In this document: positions 47,001 to 60,919 of the stretch, piece after piece | How the letters are laid out: each line of letters opens with the position of its first letter | Numbering within the stretch: position 1 is the stretch's first letter | Origin: Antechinus flavipes | Taxonomy: Eukaryota | Assembly (NCBI RefSeq): GCF_016432865.1 | Contig: NC_067399.1 | Coordinates: 578,274,001-578,338,000, forward strand | Length of the DNA: 64,000 nt | Reading direction: 5' to 3' | Made by a program: the position numbers and the translations under genes | Notes under the pieces: generated by a model | Database searches by the model: none | What the model saw: only the letters and a program-made list of their open reading frames with translations | Told to the model about the DNA's origin: nothing

Positions 47001-49916
47001 CCCACATAAGCCAGTGGTCACTGAGATAGCGGATGTGAGTATTAACTTAAACAAATGAAGCCAAAATTACTGGGAAATGAGAAGAAGTTGGACTGCTTTT
47101 TTTTTTTCCTCCTCCTTTTCTCGTTGCAAGCCCGGGACTCCTCTCATTTCTGTGCACTTAAAGGGAGGCTGGGCACAGCACAGGTGCTCGCTAAGCGCAT
47201 GTGACTATCGTTACTCTCCTCTGAGCCTAGAAGTTGTCTTGCAAACTGTGAGTGACCTTTCCTCCTTCACTGGGAATGTGAAGGGTTGGATTTGGTGGTC
47301 CCTAAGATCCGCTTCAATTCTGAAACCTGTAATCTTGTGGAGTCCTTTTTTATGGAAGTGGGCACTGGACAGAACATCAGGTGCTATGCAATCTAGTGAT
47401 AGGCACCTACCTACCCCTACCAGAGAAAACCACGACAAAATACATCCTCTGGCTAGCTCAGTTTTCTCATTTTGGAACTTTTGACTAAGATTTCTATGAG
47501 TTCTATGGATGGATGGGATGTAGCCTTTGAATTCTAAGGTCTTTGCTATGTAAAACCAACATCTGTAGAACATGGTTAATAGAAGAAACCAGCACTGGGT
47601 TCTGTCTTTCCCCCAGTCATTCAGCCTTTTTTGGTGCATGGGCACCTCGGGTCTTCTGAAGTCTTAAAGAAAATGGGAATTGTGATAGGGAACAAAGTCA
47701 AACATGGAGACTATAGATTCACACACAATTCATATATGCATTCATCCTCTATCTTGAGGGAAAAGGATAGTTAGATACAATTTCTAAAGTTATGTTTTGA
47801 AGCATAATACCTGAGACACTGGGTACCTTCAGTGTTTGTACAGATTGGCCTTTTAAACAATCATGGAAAAAGGCTCACTCTACCTTAAAAAGTGAACTGC
47901 AATTTCCTTATCCCAAAGGATGCTTCTCAACAAAACCTTGACACTTCATCTTTGTGGAACATAACTTACCTGCTCCCAGCTACTGGGTATTTATGGAGAC
48001 TAGATATCACTGTCAATAGGGGATTATTTGGAAGAAAACATCCAACTAATCTCTCTGATATTAAGAGGAGCTGAAGCAATAGAAGGCAGCTAGAAAGGCA
48101 GATTCAACAAAAAGTTTTGATAAGGGTCAAGAAGAGGTTGTGTGAAAGACTGAGAATTCAGATTCATTAGAACCATGAGGTGATTTGGAGACACTATATA
48201 TGGCAGTATGTAAAATGGAATGAAAAACTCAATTTGTTTAGATTTAATGATTTTGTTATTAAAGTAGTTGGGCAAATATGCTCTTCTTATAGGACTAATG
48301 GGATGTTCCTCTATTATAAGAGCAATAGATTTGTTGTCAAAGAACAATCTTTGGGATGCACTACATCTTAGTTGAAAATATGTTGATGAAGATAAAGCAT
48401 AAGAGTGAAATCTTGTAAGCATAAGCTGTGGAGCATAGTTTTGACAGAACTGTGGATAAACCTGTTAAAAACCTGTCAGAAAACTAAAATTGACAGATTA
48501 AATTAAGCAGACATATGCTTCAGTTAGTATTTCATGCTTTTTATGCTTTCTTACTGATTTAGTACTATAATTCATTTTATGTGCAATTATAATTTTTTTT
48601 ATAAATATGCAAGTTAAGTTCTGGTTAAGAAAGCTCCATTTCCAATTATATGTAAAGTATCCAGGCCAGTGAATCACCACCACCAATATTTGAAAACATT
48701 TTTCACCTGACACAATCAACCAGGAGTGATATAAAATGACTTATAATTAAACACTCTTACTAGGACATGCCTCATCCTAAAAACTAATAAAAATGAGGGT
48801 AGACTTTCTTAGGAGTACATTTCTTTATAACTATGAGGATTCTATTAGATCTATAGATTTAATATAGAGGGTTTAGAGCTAAAGCTTAGAGATTACCTAG
48901 TTCAATCTTGTCATCTGAAGACTGGTTATTTAAATAAGGTAGAAGAGAAATAAATGCTAAGTACTTATACTGTCAGTTACATTTTTAAAATGATAAATGG
49001 TCAAACTGGCCATTAAGAATATAGTAGGGTGACTGTTTAAAATACATTGTTTCAATGAACCTTTATTGGTTAGTATATTTAGGTCTGAATACATTCACTA
49101 AGGCCAGTTACAAAGAATGTAATGTTAAAGTCAGTCAGATGAACAAATATTGAGGGCCAGCTGTCTCACAAAAGCCAAATAAATCACATTCAAAGAAAGA
49201 ATATTTTTAAAAACCCAAATCAATTTTCAGGATACAATTTTAAATTGTAGCTGAAGATGAAACAATGACAAATGAAGTATGCATTATCTAAGGGAATGAA
49301 CATTTCTGTTACATGATCAGACAGCTAAAGAAAGTTTGTGTCCTGTCCTTGAAGATTTTTTTTCCTGCTGTTTAAAAACTATTAAGAGACCTATAAGCCA
49401 ACAAATATTGATCAATTATTTTGTGCAAGGCACTATGTAGGGCTCTGGAATAGCTATGGCTGAACATACTCTCCAACTGCCCAGCAGTTTCATGAGTTGG
49501 GGCTACAATAGGCCTGGTGGCAAATCCTATATACAACAGAGGGTCCCAAAACTGGAACTATCTTTTATTTCTCTGAGGTACTAGTGAAATCATTTTTAGG
49601 GAGAGAGAGGAAAGGTTGCAGAAGAATGATGGTAAAGTCTCTGAACTTGGGAGTGGGATGAGGCATTTTGACAATTCAAGTCCTCAAAAAGGAAGGAGAT
49701 AAATACCAGCTGTCTTTCTCATTCTATCAGGTCTCTGGCAAACTATCACAGGTTGGACAGTTGTGACTGGCAGCAGTGACAACTGTTGTGACAACTGGCT
49801 TAGTTTATTAGGTAGACTTTCAATCTTAATCCACTGAGTGGGACTTCCTGATATAGAAACACATGATTTTGAACCACACAAGTTAAAGGACTGAGTCAGC
49901 AGAGGGACAGGAATAT

Positions 49917-49922
49917 TTTATT
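49917..49922 (-). terminator. Candidate ZSCAN2 polyadenylation signal
   Basis: TTTATT on + (AATAAA on -) ~1.3 kb downstream of the ZSCAN2 stop. Confidence 0.35.
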
Positions 49923-51257
49923 AAAAGAATGAAGGACCATGGGACCTAAAGATTCATTTTGAGTCTAGGTTCCATGGACAGAGGGAGGAGAAACACTTAA
50001 TTCCCAGAAACACTTTCTCTGCCTGTCCTCTGCCCCACTAATAACCCCCTTCAGCTGTTCTCCCACTGTCTTCACTGCTGAAAGAATCAGGGACCACAGG
50101 CACAAAGCCATAGCAGTGTCAAACAGAAATGAGGACAAGCCATAGAATGACCTCCCACAAGGGTCTAAGACTCAGACCAGATGACATGAACACCAGTACT
50201 TCCTTAGAAATAAGTTTTTAGTATGCAATATACTACTTGATAGACTGCTAGAGCTGGATATACAAGAGAAATAACCTATAGGGAAATACAAGTGCATAGA
50301 ATGAGTTACTATAAAATGATTATAGGGCTACAATCTGTGTAGGGTTAAGTGAGAAAAAAAATTTCCTTCAGCAGTGAGGGAAGTATCAACTGTCTCCCAC
50401 TATATGAGGAAGAAAATCATTAACCACCAATAGTAGAATTTACCAGGTCTCAACTGGGCCTCTACCCCTGGAGATAAATATTCTCAACAACAAATGCTAT
50501 TTCCCCAATGTAGCTTTCTTACTCTGGCAAGGCTACTACATGATTAGCTTAATGGACAACTGTTAAATTCAGTTCAGTTCATAAATTTCTAGATCTGGGA
50601 GGCCCAGCCCCTTTCAGTGCATTGCAGCTTGGTTTTCAGTTGCAGCTTTCTCTGTGCTCCTGACATATTACAGAAACAAAAAGGGCTATCTATTCCTCCT
50701 CTTTTCATTACAAGATGGTATTGCCCTATCTAAGATCTTTGATCTTAGAAGCATAGCCTAATATACTTAATCCAAGAAGAAAATATATAGTGGCAACACA
50801 ACAGAATGGAATGAAGGCACCATAGCAACAACTAACCTGGGAGAAAGAAAAATCATTCATTTGAACCTCTGGCCTTTTTCTGAGCAATCTGACCCATTTT
50901 GCAGATGTTTTTTTCCTCACAAGTGGAAATAGTCTCCCTATTTTATCAAGGGGAAAATCTTAGGCACAAGGAAGCAGACAGGGATTTAAGCAGTGAATTG
51001 CTGGCAGAACCAGATACATGATCCATATTGCCTGACTTTCCTGTCTTGTTTCTTTTGAGCTCTTCAAACTACAAGGTGGCAAATACCAGGATGAGCAATG
51101 TTAAAATTTTGGCAAAAAGTTCTATAGAACTTTAAAGTGAGTAGACCTCTCAATGGGATGTTAGATACATTTTTTTTGGTAAAACTACTGCCTTTAGGAT
51201 GCTTGTGGCTTTCCTCTATCAGTTTCCTGACAGCAAACTTTTCCCATATTTGCTACA

Positions 51258-52696
51258 TCAATAGAGCTTCTCTTTCATGTGAGTTCTCTGATGTGTAATA
51301 AAGTTGGAACTATTACTAAAGCCTTTCCCACATTCTGGACACTTGTAGGGCCTTTCTCCTGTGTGTATTCTTTGATGTATGATAAGAACAGAATTCCAAC
51401 TAAAGCCTTTCCCACATTCGGGACATCTATAAGGTTTGTCCCCTAGATGAGCTCTCTGATGCATGACAAGGATTGATCCCCGGCTGAAGCTTTTTCCACA
51501 CATGAGGCATTTATATGGCTTCTCTCCTGTGTGAGTTCTCTGATGGACCACAAGTTGTGATCGCTGGCTGAAACATTTCCCACACTCAGAGCACTTATAG
51601 GGCTTCTCTCCTGTGTGGATTCTCTGGTGTTTAATAAGGTTGGAACTCCAGCTAAAGCTTTCCCCACATGTCAGACATTCATAGGGTTTCTCTCCTGTGT
51701 GCATTCCTTGATGGGCAATCAAACTAGAACTCTGGCTGAAACTTTTCCCACACTCACCACATTTATAGGGCTTCTCCACCATGTGGGTTCTTCGGTGTGT
51801 TGCCAGATTTGAGCTCCGGCTAAAGCTTTTTCCACATTCGTTGCACTGATAGGGCTTTTCTCCTGTATGAGTTCTTCGGTGTGTAATAAGGGCTGAGCTC
51901 TGACTGAATCTTTGTCCACAGTCAGTACATTTATATGGTTTCTCTCCTGTGTGGATTCTCTGGTGCCTAATTAAGTTAGAGTTGTAACTAAAGCTTTCAC
52001 CACACTCTTTACATTCATAGGGTTTCTCTCCAGTGTGAATTCCCTGGTGTGTATTAAGGCTAGAACGGTTACCAAAGCTCTTTCCACACTCCAGGCATGA
52101 ATATGGTTTTTCTCCTGTGTGGGTTCGCTGATGAGCAATGAGGTTGGGACTTCTGCTGAAACTTTTCCCACACTCAGCACACTGGAAGGGTTTTTCCCCT
52201 GTGTGGATTCTCTGGTGTGTTATTAGGTTTGCACTCCGGCTAAAGCTTTTCCCACAATCTCTGCATTTATAAGGTTTCTCCCCAGTATGAGTTGTTTGGT
52301 GTCTACTAAAGTTTGAGCCATCACTAAAGCTTTTTCCACATTCATCACATTTATAGTATTTCTCTCCTGTATGGGTCCTCTCATGTGTAATAAGATGTGA
52401 TTTTCGACTGAAGGTTTTCCCACACTGAGGGCATTCATAGGGCTTCTCACCTAAATAGGTACCCTGAAGGCCTATGAATTGTCCTATTTCCCTGTCCTGT
52501 GAAATAGTTTCCCCATATTTCTCTACTTGGGAATTTCCCTGAGGCTTTTCTAACCCAAAGTCTCTCTCAAAGTCACTTCCCCAAGCAGAATGCTGAATGC
52601 CTTCCCCTTCAGGCCTTCCTGATAACATATTTTCTTCCACTGTTTCAAACATTTCTTGATTTGAATTCTCTTCATTTTCACTCTGGATCTCAAAAT
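51258..52696 (-). CDS. ZSCAN2: Zinc finger and SCAN domain-containing protein 2, last coding exon (14 C2H2 fingers)
   Basis: Acceptor tcctttcag|AT TTT GAG ATC (DFEIQSEN), then [36 protein letters not shown], 14 fingers and [11 protein letters not shown]. These are diagnostic of ZSCAN2, and the gene is syntenic with WDR73/NMB. Confidence 0.96.
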
Positions 52697-55600
52697 CTGA
52701 AAGGACCAAGAAAAAACATGTTTAAAAACTATTTCTTTCATTGAAAAGGAAACAAACTAAAAAAAAAAAAAAAAAAAGAAAGAAAAGCTAAAATTAAGTT
52801 TCTGATGATAATAAAAAGCTTTGAGAGTTCACGAAGTTTAATCTCTGCTTTATTTTCTTTAAGCTCCAACTATTCTCACAACCATCTCACCTGAGTAGAA
52901 TGACTGTATCAGAATCTTCCTTTTTTCCCAAAGCTTAGAAATATTGGTATATGGCTCTAATTTTTACTTCAGCTGAAAAGTGAAGTCAGGTTTAGAATTT
53001 GGGAATCTGATTACCAGGAAGCAAACAGGGTACACAAATCTTTTGTTGATCCCATAGATAAAATCCAAAGATCAATACTGGAGTATCAGGCATATTTACA
53101 TTTTAATTTAGCATCTATCTAGGGTCCACCATCATTTACCTGGCATTTTAACAACATATGAGATGATCAAATAATCACAACCAGGTCCCTAAAGCATTTA
53201 CATAACTTACAAGGTTCATGGTTAAAAATAAAAAAAAAAAAATTTAATCTGTAGGACAGGGTAAAAGGTTCAAGAAATATTTTGGTCTCATAACCATAGA
53301 TTATATGATGGGGTAAAAGGAAGTCCTGTTTCAATTTCTATATCCATGAAGTAAACCAAGGGCAGAAAACCCTGGCAGTCTTAAAAACATTACATCTGTG
53401 AGGACCTCAACATTCTTTGGGGTTCAAGAAACAAGAGAAGGCAGTTCCTTAACCTTAATTGCAATTATGGTTCTCTTCAGAAAGGCCAAAGTCTGAGGCT
53501 TATTTTGCTGATGGTGTCTTAAGTTATAGCTTAGTGCTAGATAGAACTAGTCAGAAGCACATAATCATTTGAGGACTCATGATAAAAGTCAACAAGTAAT
53601 AAAGTCTCCTGAGCCCAATAATTTAACAACTCAAATAGAAGCAGAAGCCACTAATTCATACATAAAAATCTCTGTGGGTCATTTATAGACTTATTTTTAA
53701 AATGTAATGTTATTTATATTTTATCATTCTTGTTTATTTTGTTAAATATGTCCTGATCACATTTTAATTTGGTTCAGGCAGTACTTGGGAATGTTATAGA
53801 CCACATATGACTGAGTGATTGCCAACTCTGTTATAGCAGATACAAAGAACATAGAAGACACAATTCCTGTTAGATCTTATAGTCTGGTTGGAGAGAAAAG
53901 GGGAAATTATGCAAGCATATGTATGAGCACACACATATTTAAAATAATATAATCATGTTAAGTAAAGGACATTACAGTATCTAGTGCAATGCTGATAAAG
54001 CTTATGAATGTCTTGGGAATCCAAAGAAAGGCTATCTCAATATGGACTGGAGGAGTGAAGAAAGGTTTTAGGAGAGATAGGATTTGGGTTGGGTCTTGAA
54101 AGAAATAAATGTTATATGGAGGAAGGGACATAAGTAACAGGGATAGAAGTAACAGAAATAGATTTGGAAGTGAGCACCATAATAGTGAAGGAAATGTATG
54201 GAAATTAAGAGAAATAATGTTATTATGCCTAAGGGGAATAAAGTTGGCTAAGGGCTGGGGGTGAATATGGTCTAAGAAAGAAGCCAGTCCAAGCTCAAGA
54301 TAGAGGGAGAGGGATTCTCAGTGGAATGTGCAATAACCTTGCTTGCTCCATGTTAAAAATGTATTATTGTAAGCATGCTATCTCAAGGATAAAAGAGATA
54401 TGACCCAGAAAGGACAAATGGGAGTTCTTTATCCTTGAAGGTGACACACAAGATATACAAGATATCTAAGGGAAGACACAACAGGAAAAGAACCTCATGG
54501 AAGACCCCAAGAATGCATGGTAATCAGGAAGAACCTGGATTAAAAAAAAAAAAAACCTGGGAATGAACTGAGGCAATGATCTGAAGGTGCAATAGGACAG
54601 CAGAGCAACCCCTCACTCCCACTGGGTCTTGGACTGGGCAGGTACAAGGCTATGGATACTGTAGAAAACAACAGACATCCAGTATCTGGAACTGATGCTT
54701 GAATGACATTTGGGGAATGGTAAGGGAAAAGTTATGTCTGTGAACATCTTGGGAATGGGAGGAAAATGAGATGTGGCTTAATGAGTATGGTCCAGTATCC
54801 AGAGGAGATGTGGGACTTGAATGCATGTACAGCAAGTGCATTCCCCACATCTTTTACCTGGAACCATGCAGGCTTAATAAAGTACTTAGATAAATTCAGG
54901 TTTGCTTTATGTTGTTCTGTGAACCTGACAAGCCACATTTAGAGGGAAGATAGGAGTAATAAATAGGAAGGTTCATACTAGAAACCAATAGGAGATAAAG
55001 TTAAACAGATAAGATGAGACTAAACTATATTTCCAATAAGTCACTGAATATTTACTGAGCACTGTATTAGGTACTTCAGGGATAGATAGATACGTAAGAT
55101 ATTTCAAAGAGGTTTTAATGTAGTAGGGGGACTATGAGAAGAATAAATACAAAAATAATTTTAATTCCAGGCTGAGGAGCTAAGTTTAATTTTATTATGT
55201 TAGGTATTCTGTAGGAATGTGTTGAAAGTTTTTAAGAAAACTTAATTTGGCATCAGGAAACAGAGACTGGAATCAAAAAGAACAATTATTCAATAATATA
55301 GGGTGGTGGCAGGAATTTTAGAAAAGAAATAGAAAAATCTCAGAGACATTTCAGAGCAGTTTTTAGTGATTAACTAGATATGGTCAAAAATGAATGATTC
55401 TAATATTCTGAGCCTATATAACTGATAGAATGGTACCACCATTGATTAAGAAAAGTTGGAGAGGGAGACAGATTTGGAGAGGAGAATTGAATTTTATTCC
55501 AGATATATTAGATCTGAGCTAATAGTGGGAAATTAACATGGAAAAAGATGTCCTATAGGAAGCCAAAACTACATGACTAGAAGTTGGATAGGAGAGTCAG

Positions 55601-56992
55601 TGGTAGACATATGAATTAAGAGTTATTTACTAAGACCTCAAAGTTCAAGCATAACTCTTGTTGAGTTTTCTAAGGGAGTAAGAGAAAAGAAAAAGTAAGG
55701 ACTGAAAGATGGTAGACATCCATAGGTATAGTGCAAAAGAATTAAGTAAAGACAAAATGGGAGGAGAGAAGAAAGTAAAATAAATGCTGCAAGTAATAAG
55801 AGTTCCCTCTGCAACATATACAATAACTGGCCCTCCAACCTTTGCCTGGTGATTATTTGTGTATCTTACAGAGGAGTCTTATTTAGGTACAGACTACACC
55901 AAAAGGCCTCTGAAATTCCTTCCAATTCTGAGCTTGTAAACTTCTGAACTGTAAATATGATTAATTTTTGTTTAAAGTTTTATTAGAGGGAGTTATCATT
56001 TTTGTGAAAAATGCCTGTAATTACATATTTAGTAGCCATTCTAGCCATTTTTCCTGATGTCTAGTCTTGAAATTTTGAAGATTCTAAGAGACATTAGTTT
56101 GTACAAACGTTTTGTCTATCACTTGCTAAAATAATATATGGAAAATAAAGTGATCTGAGAGAAAATTACACAAAGAATAAGGAACAACAGAAATAATAAC
56201 AGAACAATTTCTTGAAACCAGGATTTTCTCAATTTTCTAGGAAGCTCCTTACTCCAAACAAAACTGAGTTGTCTCTTAAATATACATTTTTTTCCCTCTG
56301 AAAATGGTAAAAATTGAGAAGGGGCAATAATATCTGACTTTAAAAAATAGGGTATGTGTATTGCCAAATTATGTTTTGTGAAAAACTTTATATAAGTTTG
56401 CTACCTCAGGTGATGAATCTACGAGTGACTATTGCTTTCTGAATCAATCTTTGAAAGATGAATTATATTGTTAAGAATCAAAAAAAGATTACATATTTAC
56501 CAACAGAAAAGAAAATAAGTATAAAAATCTTTAAAAATGAAAATGATCCACAGTGCTATATAGCAGTGGGATCAAGACAAATGATAAAGGGCTGGTATAT
56601 CTGAATAGGAAATCTTGGGATCAGAGAGGGAGAAATTTCATTACAGTATTGAAGCCAGATGCTAGATTACAAAAGGTCAATGAAGAAATGAAAATAGTAG
56701 GTGCAAACTACTCCCTGAAAGAGTTTGGTAGCAAAAGGGGAGAAATGAGATAATAGATTTTTTCAAAAGGTATATAAATATTGCCTCTACAATTGAAGAC
56801 TATGAATGGAGGGAAGAAGTGGGAAAGGAAGGAATAGGATTCTGAGCACAGCTGAAGGATTTGGCTTTAGAAAGGAAGAAGAATAGGTTTTCTTCTGAGA
56901 AACATAGGGAACATTTAAAAAATTAAGGAAATTTTTAAAATGGCTATTAAAATGGCTGTTATATGGATCAGGTGGAAGAATCACATGGAAGA

Positions 56993-56994
<2 letters not shown>

Positions 56995-57027
<33 letters not shown>

Positions 57028-57075
57028 TGTGTGTGCGCGCGTGCACACGCGCGCATGTGTATGTGCATGCATGTG
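56995..57075. repeat. (TG)n/(CG)n alternating purine-pyrimidine microsatellite
   Basis: Directly visible in the ZSCAN2 intron. Confidence 0.9.
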
Positions 57076-57842
57076 TGAAAAATAATACAACAAACTGTAT
57101 GGACATAAATTACTAATTACAGAACTACCATAGGAAATGCATATGAATCCTGATAAGGGTTGGGAAAGAATTTGGAGTGAGGTAAATAAAATTAGGGTTC
57201 TTTTTATTTATATGCTAAGTCTACGATGAAGAATGAAGGTAAGAAAGAACAAATATGTTAGAAATAAAAGGCTAGCTCCTCAGCTATGGTAACAAACATG
57301 CAAGGAGAACATAAAGGTCAAACAGATTACTAAACAACTAGGAAGGAGAAGTGGTAGTCTAGTTTTATAGTTAATCAATTTTCTAAAGTAGTACTCAAAG
57401 CTTAGGAGAAAGAAGAGAAAAAGCTGAGGTGATACTATGTTGAGTATTAGTCAGGAGCAGTGGAAAGTCAGAGGGGAACATTTTAGTCCTAGAGAGGTAA
57501 ACACTTAAATAGCTAACAGTGGAATAAATCTGGGGCAGAGGAAGGATCTAGTCAGGAAGAGACTAATCTCCAGATAAGAACATGGGAGAGAGAAGATCTA
57601 GATTGGGAGATCTCAGAGGTGAAATGATACCTTGTGATAATTCAGGCCAAAACATGGTCATGTTTCTGAGCTGCTTAAAATCAAGTAGAAAGGGAAGTGA
57701 GCAAAGTCAAAGAGGGCAAGCTATCACTCATTCAACTCTAATAAATGTGCTACCCAGAACAAAAAGAGGGAAAGCAATTGTCTTGGGGCCATGCATGTTA
57801 ATCTGTTGTATTTAATCAGCACTCTTCAAAAGTAAATATAAG

Positions 57843-58003
57843 ATTTTAACATATTTAACATGTATTGGTCAACCTGCCACCTGGGGGAGGGGATGAGGGG
57901 AAGAAGGGGAAAAGTTGTAACAAAAGGTTTGGCAATTGTCAATGCTGTAAAATTACCCATGCATATAACTTGTAAATAAAAAGCTATAATAATAATAATA
58001 ATA
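57843..58003 (+). mobile_element. Short L1 3'-end insertion (different subfamily) with (AAT)n tail and 15-bp TSD
   Basis: TSD aaaagtaaatataag at 57828-57842 and 58004-58018. Confidence 0.85.
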
Positions 58004-60346
58004 AAAAGTAAATATAAGGAGCTGAATCTAAGGGAACATTAGCTCCAAAGCAAAATTAAGACTAGAAGCCAAACTTGAATCCTACTAAAATGCTGTTCTC
58101 CTTTATTAACAAAACAAAACAGCTATTAGTAGCTGACACACCCTTTCTATTGGTTCCTGACTAAACTGGATTTAGGAGCCACAAAACTCTCTGCCACATA
58201 ATGAGATATTGTTTGGGTCATCTTTTCATTAAATTATTTCATATTTGTTGGTCAGTATTTATCTAAGTAGCAAATAGTATAAAATGTTCTTAATAAAGTT
58301 AAATTTCAGTTCTAATCCTGTTAGAATCTAAAAAAGGCTAAAATATAAAAATGTAAACTTAGGAACCTAATATCTCTAGCCTGCAAACGACAAGCCAAGC
58401 ATCTATAACTTTTTCCTTTGGTTTTCATTAAATATGCATCTCAGTATTGCTCAAATCCTCCATGGTAGAGTACCATCATCTTCCTCTGAAGGTAGAAATC
58501 TTTTCTCTGTCTACTCATAGCCATCCATAGGACCTAACTACCTTCTTCTAGATCTGCTTGCCCCAGTGACTCTAAGAAAATACTGATCTCACCAACAATG
58601 GTTTGATTTTTTTTTTCCTTTGACATCTTTTATAAAGATCAAAAAATTAGCTGCTTATACTGAAAGGGTGGGACATTAGAGAAGGAAGGAAACTTATCTA
58701 TCTCCTTACAAAAAAATTACATTTTATAAAAACTGGTTACTAAGAAATTATCTGGGCAACTTTTTAATCTGCTTTAAGTTCCAGTTGGCCCTCAATCTCT
58801 GGGTTTTTTTAGGTGCATTTCTTATTGTTTATAGCTACAGAGGCAACAAAGATAAATACACACACACACACACACACACACACGTGTGCAAGAATAAGTG
58901 CTTAATGAATGGCTGATTGACATATAATATTGCCCTCAAATCCACACTCTTGGAACTAAGAACAGAGAAAAGACTTTTGTGTGCTACAAAGTATGGAAAT
59001 TATACCAGTTTTTGAGGTTCTCTGTAACATCATAGGATCATGGATTTAGAGCTAAAAGGGATTTGGTTGACTGTCTAGTCCTATCTTGCTGTTTCAAATG
59101 AAAAACTTAAGAGCTACAGAGAAGAAGGGTGTGCCCAAGTTTACATAGTAAGTGCCAGAGCTGAGATTTGCAACCAAGTCCTCTGTCTCAACTTGACATC
59201 ATAAAATAAAGATGAACATACCATGACAGTATAATGATTGGCCATTAAAAAATATGTGCACTATAAAAATAATCTTTTTAAAAAATCAAGGGTGTCATTC
59301 TGTTTTGTGTTATAGGCTGCTAAATGCCTTGCCTACCACAAGTTCTCTTGAACTACTTGGCTTACTACTATTGTTGACCTATTTTCTTATCTGTAGTTTG
59401 CCTTTCCATCCTCCCAACTTGGGAACCAAGATCCTGGTGTAGTAGAAAGAGGATGTAGAGCTGAATCCTGCAAAGCATTTGCTTTTAACGTGAAGCTCAC
59501 TTTTCTCATCTATAAAATTAGGGCTTGGATGTGATAATTTAAGATCCCTTCTAGTTTTAAAATCTCTGACTTCTTGATTTTCACCCTTTGCTCTGACTAG
59601 GAATCTACTGTGTTTAAATATGTCATTTCAAGAATCCTTTTCTACTGACCAGGGTTGCACTTAACTCTTTATTTTACACTGTGTTTAATTGTCTGCTTAT
59701 ATCTGCATAAATTACTAGAAAAGTTAGACTACTTTGCACAGTGCCTAATTCAAAATGTCCTTTGATGAACACTTTTAATGATCAGGAAGATGATGATCTG
59801 ATTAAGCTCAAGAGTTTTGAAAAATCAGACTTCCTAAATAAGCAGTACCTATTCTTAGGTAAGAAGAGTAATTAAAATTATTAAAGCTCTGATGATAGAC
59901 TTATAATGTTAAGACTCATTATTTGCTGGTTTTAGGCAAGAGGTTTTGCTATGGTTAAATTCTTCTGGTATCCAAAAATAAATAGAAAGGTGTTTGATTC
60001 CCACATATTAAAATTTGACATATCTTATAGTAAGGCACATCATAGTAAGGGATCCAGATATGACTTTCACCTTCAATGAACACAGTCTTATTCAGATTAG
60101 TAAAATGAAAATAGGAATGTAAAACAAATTCTGATTCGAGAATGTGGTAATTTTTCCTTCCCTGGGGGAACTGAAGCCAGGGCTGATTATCAGTCAATGC
60201 ACATGCAACACATACTTATTTTAAATATTGATACTCTGAACATGTCAGATGTCATTTTTTACTGTATATAGGGATGAAATTTCATATGGGGACACATTTT
60301 GAAAAAAAAAACCTATTAAATATTTGCAGAGAAAATAACTTTTTAC

Positions 60347-60473
60347 CATGTGACATGACATTCCCATAATTCTCCTGCATCACACCACTACAGAGGTTCT
60401 TCGAAACAGCATCTAGACCTTCTTGCTCCTCTTGGGAAGGAGAAACTTCCCCATCATTAAATGTCCCCGGCCC
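60347..60473 (-). CDS. ZSCAN2: Degenerate KRAB-A-like coding exon (127 nt), probably ZSCAN2
   Basis: tttcag|GGG CCG GGG ACA TTT...ATG CAG GAG AAT TAT...CAT G|gtaaaa gives GPGTFNDGEVSPSQEEQEGLDAVSKNLCSGVMQENYGNVMSH. This is the canonical KRAB-A exon size, phase 0 to 1, in frame with the ZSCAN2 last exon. Confidence 0.7.
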
Positions 60474-60827
60474 CTGAAACAAGAATAGCTTTTACTATTA
60501 TCTGCTGCCTCGAGGATAATCCACCTGCAAAGATATCAAAACTTGCAAACAATATTTAAGTAAAGCTGCTCTGCCTCCAAAAAGTTAGATGCTCTGGAGT
60601 CATGGAATTCCAATGCTGGCAAAGGAGAAGCCTGGGAAACAGAATAGCAGGCTAGAAAAAATACTCATTTCCCCTAGAATAGGAATTTAAAGGTCTTCCA
60701 GATAAAATTGTTTTGACAGGGTTATCTTAGTGTGGGGGAAAAAACCCCACTTTTATCAAAGAAGGTAATGGGTAAGCCACAAGTAAGCAGCAGTAATACT
60801 AAAAGAATAGAAGGACCCCAAACTTAC

Positions 60828-60919
60828 CTGAGCCCTGGCCATAAGGAGTGCATCCTCTATAACTTGGTCTTCAGTACTGTCCTCTTCAGAAAAGGCTGGA
60901 ACACGTGCAATAGAGAGAG
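60828..60919 (-). CDS. ZSCAN2: SCAN-KRAB linker coding exon (92 nt), probably ZSCAN2
   Basis: ctcttttag|CT CTC TCT...GCT CAG|gtaagt gives ALSIARVPAFSEEDSTEDQVIEDALLMARAQ, typical of the phase 1 to 0 small exon preceding KRAB in ZKSCAN genes. Confidence 0.68.
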
